Shown: one piece after another, positions 57,510-62,779 of the stretch
Numbering within the stretch: position 1 is the first letter of the stretch
Layout of the letters: each line of letters starts with the position of its first letter
Translations under genes and position numbers: made by a program
NCBI GenBank assembly: GCA_965602785.1
Contig: CBFDAH010000003.1
Span: forward strand, 1 to 62,779
DNA: 62,779 bases
DNA from: an uncultured Syntrophobacterales bacterium
GTDB taxonomy: Bacteria > Desulfobacterota > Desulfobaccia > Desulfobaccales > 0-14-0-80-60-11
Direction: 5' to 3'
Notes under the pieces: generated by a model
The model's input: the letters and a program-made list of their open reading frames with translations, nothing else
The model's database searches: none
Told to the model about the DNA's origin: nothing

Positions 57510-57658
57510 GTGGAGCCTACCAGAAAAACAGAGTTTACACCCGGGGCTGAGGCTTTCACCGCCTTAAGAACTCAGGGGCGAACGCCCGAGAAGGCCAGGC
57601 AGGGCTGCGGGCCCTCCAGAAAAGCTGACACCGCCAACCTCCCTCTGAAAAACGCCGA

Positions 57659-58594
57659 TTACACGAACAGGGAGCTGACTGAGTCCCGGTTGTGGATGCG
57701 GCGGATGGCTTCCCCCAGGAGTGGCGCCACGGACAGCACCCGGATCTTGTCTAAGGCCTCAGCCTCCGGGGACAGGGGAATGGTGTCCGTCACCGCCAGG
57801 GACTGGACCAGGGAACCCTGTAAAGATCTCACGGCGTTGGGGCTCATGACCGGGTGGGTGACGCAGGCATGCACCGCCTTGGCCCCGTGGCGCATGAGGA
57901 GATCGGCCGCCATGGTTACGGTGGACCCCGTGGTGATCATGTCATCCAGGATAATGGCCTCTTTGCCCCAGACGTTGCCCACCAGAGTCATGGCCTTAAT
58001 GGCGGTGGCCTCCCGGCGTTTGTCGATGATGGCTAAAGTGGAGTTCGTCCGCTTGGCAAAGGCCCGGGCCCGCTCTACCCCACCGGCGTCTGGAGAAACC
58101 ATAACCAGTTCACCGGTGAAATTCTCGCGGATGTAATCCAACGTCACCGGCGCAGCGAAAAGGTGGTCCACGGGGATGTTAAAAAAGCCCTGAATCTGGC
58201 CGGTATGCAGGTCCATGGTGAGGAGACGGTGGGTCCCGGCGGTGGTGAGCAGGTTGGCCACCAGCTTGGCGGAGATGGGTACCCGGGGCGAGGTTTTCCG
58301 GTCTTGACGAGCGTAGGCGTAGTAAGGCACCACCGCAGTAATGCTGGCCACCGAGGCTCGGCTCAAGGCGTCAATCATGATGAGGAGTTCCATCAGATGG
58401 TCGTTGGCGGGAATGCTGGTGGGCTGGACTACATAGACGTCTTTACCCCGCACGTTCTCCCGAAACTCCACTGAGGTCTCTCCATCGGAGAATCTTCCTA
58501 CCACGGTCTCCCCTAAAGGGATTCCCAGGTACTGGCAGATCTTTTCTGCCAGGGGTCGATTGGCGTTGCCGGAAAAAATTTTTAAATCGTCCAT
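57659..58594 (-). CDS. prs: Ribose-phosphate pyrophosphokinase
   Basis: Motifs FSDGE, YAYARQDRK, DLH..QIQGFF, SPDAGG and DDMITTG. Confidence 0.96.
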   Translation of the reverse strand: MDDLKIFSGNANRPLAEKICQYLGIPLGETVVGRFSDGETSVEFRENVRGKDVYVVQPTSIPANDHLMELLIMIDALSRASVASITAVVPYYAYARQDRKTSPRVPISAKLVANLLTTAGTHRLLTMDLHTGQIQGFFNIPVDHLFAAPVTLDYIRENFTGELVMVSPDAGGVERARAFAKRTNSTLAIIDKRREATAIKAMTLVGNVWGKEAIILDDMITTGSTVTMAADLLMRHGAKAVHACVTHPVMSPNAVRSLQGSLVQSLAVTDTIPLSPEAEALDKIRVLSVAPLLGEAIRRIHNRDSVSSLFV

Positions 58595-59472
58595 ACCTGG
58601 CTCTCCCAGCCAGTGTTACGCTCATTTTGGGTAAGGCCTCGGGCCACCGCCAGCCAGCCGCTGAAGTGGCGGCGAATTTCGCCGGCCGCCTCCTGAGCTG
58701 CTTCCTGGTCGGCGAAGAGGCCGAAGAGGGTGGGACCACTACCAGACATCCCCTGGATCCGGGCCCCGGCCTGGGACAGCATTCCCAACAGAGCCCGGAG
58801 TTCCGGATGACGAGTCAAGATGACCGTCTCCAAATCGTTAGTTACCCACTCCTCCGGATGCTCTCTATCCCAGGCTTCCCGGGGGGCCGCCCCGGAACCC
58901 GCTACAACCTTCATATCCAGGTTTTCGTAAACCCTACGGGTGGAAATCGACCAGCCCGGATTCAATAATACATACCAGAAGGGGGGCAGGTCAAGGGAAG
59001 AAAGGTCGGTACCGATACCCCGGCCCACGGCGGGCCCCAGGCTTAGAAAAAAGGGGACATCCGCCCCGAGTTCGGCTGCGAGGCGGTGCAGCGCCGAAAA
59101 GTCCAATGGGTGGCCGGCCAGATGGTTGAGGGCCAGGAGGGTGCCGGCTGCATCGCTGCTGCCTCCCCCCAGGCCGGCGGCCACGGGAATCTTCTTTACC
59201 AGGTGGATATGGACCTGCGGCTCCTGGCCAATGGCCGCCGCAAACTTTTCTGCCGCCCGCCATACCAGGTTTTGAGCTCCTGACGGCACCAACGTTGGCG
59301 GCTGGCACACCAAGGCCAGGCCCTTTCCCGGCGTCAACCAGAGTTCATCAGCTAGGGACAGGGGCTGCATGACGGTCACTACCTCGTGGTAGCCGTCCGC
59401 CCGGCGCCCCAACACCTTGAGGTAGAGGTTGACCTTGGCGGGACAGAGCCGCCGGATCTCGGTCACTGCCAC
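58582..59472 (-). CDS. ispE: 4-diphosphocytidyl-2C-methyl-D-erythritol kinase
   Basis: Motifs PAKVNLYL, IPVAAGLGGGSSDAA, GADVPFF and MSGSG. Confidence 0.95.
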   Translation of the reverse strand: MAVTEIRRLCPAKVNLYLKVLGRRADGYHEVVTVMQPLSLADELWLTPGKGLALVCQPPTLVPSGAQNLVWRAAEKFAAAIGQEPQVHIHLVKKIPVAAGLGGGSSDAAGTLLALNHLAGHPLDFSALHRLAAELGADVPFFLSLGPAVGRGIGTDLSSLDLPPFWYVLLNPGWSISTRRVYENLDMKVVAGSGAAPREAWDREHPEEWVTNDLETVILTRHPELRALLGMLSQAGARIQGMSGSGPTLFGLFADQEAAQEAAGEIRRHFSGWLAVARGLTQNERNTGWESQVWTI

Positions 59473-59479
59473 TTGCCGA

Positions 59480-59905
59480 TCAACCCGCCTCCTTGACAAA
59501 GCGCATGCGCAAGTCATAGAGGAGGTGATCGAAGAGCTTCTCTTCGTCCTCCTGGAGGTTATTACGGGTTTTTTCCCGTAACATCACCAAGAGGTCAATG
59601 GTCTGCTTGGCCAAGGGCAGGTTCTTGGTATGCTCACCGGTGCCCGGGTCAGCTATGTCCCCCAAATGAATGAAGGCCGACGAACCGAGGGAGATGAGAA
59701 AGGAAGAGAAGGTAATCTGCGGCTGTGGCGTCTCCTGGGAAGCCTCTTGGGGAGACTCCTGGGGGGTCTCCTGGGGGGCTTCCTGGGCTTCGGCGGCCGT
59801 CTGGCGCGCCGCCTCTTCTTCCCGAATCCGGGCTTTCTCCTCCTCGCTCTTGTGCAGGAAACGACGGTCCTGGACGGTGTAGCCTTTGTCCTCGGAATCA
59901 GTCAT
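59480..59905 (-). CDS. DUF1844 domain protein
   Basis: Motifs QDRR, LGDIADP and AKQTIDLL..L.EKTRNNL...E. Confidence 0.85.
   Translation of the reverse strand: MTDSEDKGYTVQDRRFLHKSEEEKARIREEEAARQTAAEAQEAPQETPQESPQEASQETPQPQITFSSFLISLGSSAFIHLGDIADPGTGEHTKNLPLAKQTIDLLVMLREKTRNNLQEDEEKLFDHLLYDLRMRFVKEAG
59726..59785. repeat. Five degenerate 12-bp tandem repeats encoding QE(A/T/S)(P/S)
   Basis: Units TGGCGTCTCCTG, GGAAGCCTCTTG, GGGAGACTCCTG, GGGGGTCTCCTG and GGGGGCTTCCTG. Confidence 0.7.
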
Positions 59906-59932
59906 GGTAACCTCCGGACTGCCTGCGGTCCC

Positions 59933-61516
59933 TTAGAGATCCAGTTGTATGGCCATGGCCACATGCGGCAAGTCTTGCACCTGCTCCATGCACTCCGGAG
60001 TCACGGGGGTATCGGTAGTCAGAAGAATGATGTTCTGGCCCCGCTCCTTTTCCTGTCCCACGGTCATGCGAGCAATGTTGATATTATGGCTGCCGATGGT
60101 GGTGCCGATGGCGCCGATGACCCCGGGGCGGTCCGTATTGTAAATAAACAGCATGTGCCCTTCAGGGATGGCCTCCAGTCGGAACTTGTTGATCTGCACC
60201 AACCGAGGCTCATATTTGCCAAAAATGGTGCCGGCCACCACGTTCTCTTCCATACCGGCCCGCACCGTGAGGCGAATGAGACTGGTAAAGTCTTCCACCG
60301 CCGCGACCTTCTCTTCGCTCACTGTAATGCCCCGGGAAGCCGCCATGTCGGGAGCGTTGACGTAGTTCACTTCATCCCCTACCACCGGGAAGAGCAGGCC
60401 CTTCAGGATGGAGTGGGTCAGGGGCTTGGTGTCCAGTTTAGAGACCTCGCCGATGTAAGCCACCGACACCGAGCTGATGGCTCCCTCAGTAGTCTGCGCC
60501 TGGAAGCTCCCCAGGGCTTCGACCAGGGTGAGGTGAGGCCTAAGCTGCACCAGGGCTTCCCGGCTGACGGAGGGGGCGTTCACGGCGTTCATAATGGTGC
60601 CGTCAAGCAAATACTCCAAGATCTGTTCACAGATGGCCATCGAGACGTTGGCCTGAGCCTCTTCGGTGGAAGCGCCCAAGTGCGGGGTGCAGATGACGTT
60701 GGGTAAGGTCCGCAAGGGAAACTCCGCCGGCGGCGGCTCAGTCTCGAAAACGTCCAGAGCGGCGGCGGCCACTTTCCCTTCCTCCAGGGCTTCATACAAA
60801 GCGGCCTCATCCACAATGCCTCCCCGAGCGCAGTTGACGAGGCGAATCCCCGGCTTCATTTTGTGGAAGGCTTTCCGTCCCAGGAGTTTGGTGGTCTCCT
60901 TGGTCTTGGGGGTGTGGATAGTAATGAAGTCAGAGCGGGCCAGCAATTCGTCCAGACTGACTACTTCCACCCCCAGGGAGGAGACCATCTCCTTGGTAAT
61001 GAACGGGTCGTAGCCGATGACCCGCATCTTGAGCCCCAGGGCCCGCTCAGCCACCACCCGGCCGATGCGCCCCAGGCCGATGATGCCGAGAGTTTTGTTG
61101 AAGATTTCCGTGCCCTGGTATTTCTTTTTATCCCACATGCCGTCCCGCATGGACTGGGTCGCTTGGGGAATGTTCCGGGCCATGGCCAGCATCAGGGAAA
61201 TGGCATGTTCCGCGGTAGTAATGGTGTTCCCTCCGGGAGTGTTCATCACCACAATGCCCCGCTTGCTGGCCGCCTGGATGTCCACGTTATCGAGCCCGGT
61301 TCCCGCTCGGCCGATAACCTTGAGGCGGGGGGCGTGATTGATGAGCTTGGCCGTCACCTTGGTGGCGCCCCGAATGGCCAGACCGTCGACATCTTTGACG
61401 GACTTTTTGAGTTCCTCCGGGCTGAGACCCGGTTTAAAGTCCACCTCGATGTTCGGGTGCTGGTCCAGGATGTCCACACCCGCTTTATGTAAATTGTCGC
61501 TGATAAGGACCTTCAT
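59933..61516 (-). CDS. serA: D-3-phosphoglycerate dehydrogenase (type I, with ASB and ACT domains)
   Basis: Motifs RAGTGLDN, GLGRIG, NCARGG, PHLGAST and DRPGVIG. Confidence 0.96.
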   Translation of the reverse strand: MKVLISDNLHKAGVDILDQHPNIEVDFKPGLSPEELKKSVKDVDGLAIRGATKVTAKLINHAPRLKVIGRAGTGLDNVDIQAASKRGIVVMNTPGGNTITTAEHAISLMLAMARNIPQATQSMRDGMWDKKKYQGTEIFNKTLGIIGLGRIGRVVAERALGLKMRVIGYDPFITKEMVSSLGVEVVSLDELLARSDFITIHTPKTKETTKLLGRKAFHKMKPGIRLVNCARGGIVDEAALYEALEEGKVAAAALDVFETEPPPAEFPLRTLPNVICTPHLGASTEEAQANVSMAICEQILEYLLDGTIMNAVNAPSVSREALVQLRPHLTLVEALGSFQAQTTEGAISSVSVAYIGEVSKLDTKPLTHSILKGLLFPVVGDEVNYVNAPDMAASRGITVSEEKVAAVEDFTSLIRLTVRAGMEENVVAGTIFGKYEPRLVQINKFRLEAIPEGHMLFIYNTDRPGVIGAIGTTIGSHNINIARMTVGQEKERGQNIILLTTDTPVTPECMEQVQDLPHVAMAIQLDL

Positions 61517-61520
61517 GAGC

Positions 61521-62660
61521 CTAACCCTCCTTGCCCAGGATCTCCTGAGCGGCCTTGATGCCTGTGCCCAGAGCCACTTTGTAGCCCAGATCGTTGAGCA
61601 CGAGCTCCAGAGCCCCCAGAGTACCTAAGAGGTCCTGTTCTTCAATGTAACCCATATGCGCAATGCGGAAGATCTTGCCCTTGGCCTGGGCCTGACCCCC
61701 GGCGATCCAGATGCCTTTCTCCCGCATTTTGGCCACTACTTGCTGACCGTCAATGCCAGCCGGGACCAGGACCGCGGTAAGCACATCCGAAGGATTCTGC
61801 TTGGCGAAGAGTTCCATGCCCATAGCCTTGACGGCAGCTTTGGTGGCCTCCGCCAGCTTCTGGTTGCGGGCGAAGACCTGGTCCAGGCCCTCCTCCCGGA
61901 CCCAATTTAGAACCTGCATGAGGCCCATGGTGAGGGTCACCGCCGAGGTATAGGCCGTCTGGTTTTTTTGCTGGCTCTTGAGCTGCTTGGCGAAATCAAA
62001 ATAGTACTTGGGGCATTTGGAGGTCTTGACAAACTCCCAGGCCTTGGGAGACAGCGCCGCAAAGGCCATACCCGGCGGCAGCATCATGGCCTTCTGGGAC
62101 CCCGCCACCACGATGTCCAAGCCCCATTCATCCATGGGCAGGGGATAGCCCCCCAGGGCGGAGATGGCGTCGACCACCAGGATCGTATTGGGCTTATCCT
62201 TCACCACTTGGGCCAACTCCTGGACTGGATGTTGCACCGCCGTAGAGGTCTCGTTGGCCTGGACGAAAACCGCCTTGATGGCCGGGTTGGCGTTGAGCCT
62301 CTGGGCCACTTCTTGGGGGTTCACCGCATAGCCCCACTCCACCTTGATCAAGTCCACGTTGATGCCGTAGACCTGGCAGAGTTCGGCCCAGCGCTCCCCG
62401 AACTTGCCGCCGTCCACCACAATTGCCGTATCGCCGGGGGACAGGGTATTAGCCACCGCGCCTTCCATGGCGCCGGTGCCGGTGGCGGCGAACATCAATA
62501 CTTCCTGCTCGGTCTGGAAGAGATATTTCAGATCTGCACGCACCTGTGCCAGGATATCCATAAAGGCCGGGGCACGGTGGTGCAGGATGGGTTGGGCCAT
62601 GGCCAACTGGGTTTCCGGGGCCACCGGGGTGGGCCCGGGTGTCATGAGGAGCCTTTTCAT
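61521..62660 (-). CDS. Class V PLP aminotransferase (AGT/serine-pyruvate family; probable phosphoserine aminotransferase)
   Basis: Motifs TPGPT, NETST, VVDAIS, GSQKA and FRIAHMG; 4 nt upstream of serA. Confidence 0.88.
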   Translation of the reverse strand: MKRLLMTPGPTPVAPETQLAMAQPILHHRAPAFMDILAQVRADLKYLFQTEQEVLMFAATGTGAMEGAVANTLSPGDTAIVVDGGKFGERWAELCQVYGINVDLIKVEWGYAVNPQEVAQRLNANPAIKAVFVQANETSTAVQHPVQELAQVVKDKPNTILVVDAISALGGYPLPMDEWGLDIVVAGSQKAMMLPPGMAFAALSPKAWEFVKTSKCPKYYFDFAKQLKSQQKNQTAYTSAVTLTMGLMQVLNWVREEGLDQVFARNQKLAEATKAAVKAMGMELFAKQNPSDVLTAVLVPAGIDGQQVVAKMREKGIWIAGGQAQAKGKIFRIAHMGYIEEQDLLGTLGALELVLNDLGYKVALGTGIKAAQEILGKEG

Positions 62661-62729
62661 TGTTGTTCCTTACCTTTACATAGTCGGAATGGAAATACCC
62701 ACCGGGATGGTTAGGTTATCAAAATTTTT

Positions 62730-62758
62730 AATTTATTTGGTTTTTTTCCAACTGTCAA
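62730..62758 (-). promoter_or_regulatory. Sigma70 promoter of the aminotransferase-serA operon
   Basis: TTGACA-N17-TAAATT, about 70 nt upstream of the start codon. Confidence 0.7.
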
Positions 62759-62779
62759 GAAATTGCCCAGAAAAAACTT

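Noticed and set aside
1-62779. CRISPR arrays, tRNA/rRNA genes, transposases, integrases and selenoprotein read-through
   Set aside because: No regularly spaced direct repeats, cloverleaf motifs, DDE or tyrosine-recombinase ORFs were seen, and the redox-site codons checked (MauE, rhodanese) are Cys rather than TGA. This was by eye only.

Overview
GC-rich bacterial chromosomal window, mostly housekeeping. Gene content and intergenic repeat style suggest a Desulfobacterota (Desulfobacca-like) anaerobe; this is inference, no search was run. In order, it carries: the 3' end of a heavy-metal P-type ATPase; an AT-rich HEPN (AbiU2-like) gene with integron-cassette-like ends, frameshifted inside its RxxxxxH motif; glgA, an NYN protein and speE; a sugar-nucleotide/phosphoglycosyl-transferase cluster with a perfect sigma54 promoter upstream and a candidate ~85-nt sRNA inside; lptF-like and arnT-like genes; an 11-kb glycan-tailoring operon that includes a 1787-aa fusion of a B12 radical SAM, two methyltransferases, two glycosyltransferase-type domains and TPRs; hppA; a protease / 7TM-transglutaminase / ATP-grasp triad preceded by a rhodanese and an unusual MauE-NADAR fusion; HAD, TolC, gatCA and a split transketolase; a catalytically dead S41 protease paralog in tandem with an intact CtpA; der; an 11-subunit complex I operon without nuoEFG; a sensor-less sigma54 activator whose RBS is a CsrA-type hairpin; and the aminotransferase-serA-DUF1844-ispE-prs-pth run. 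No CRISPR array, rRNA, tRNA, transposase or integrase was recognised. All family assignments come from motif recognition by eye.
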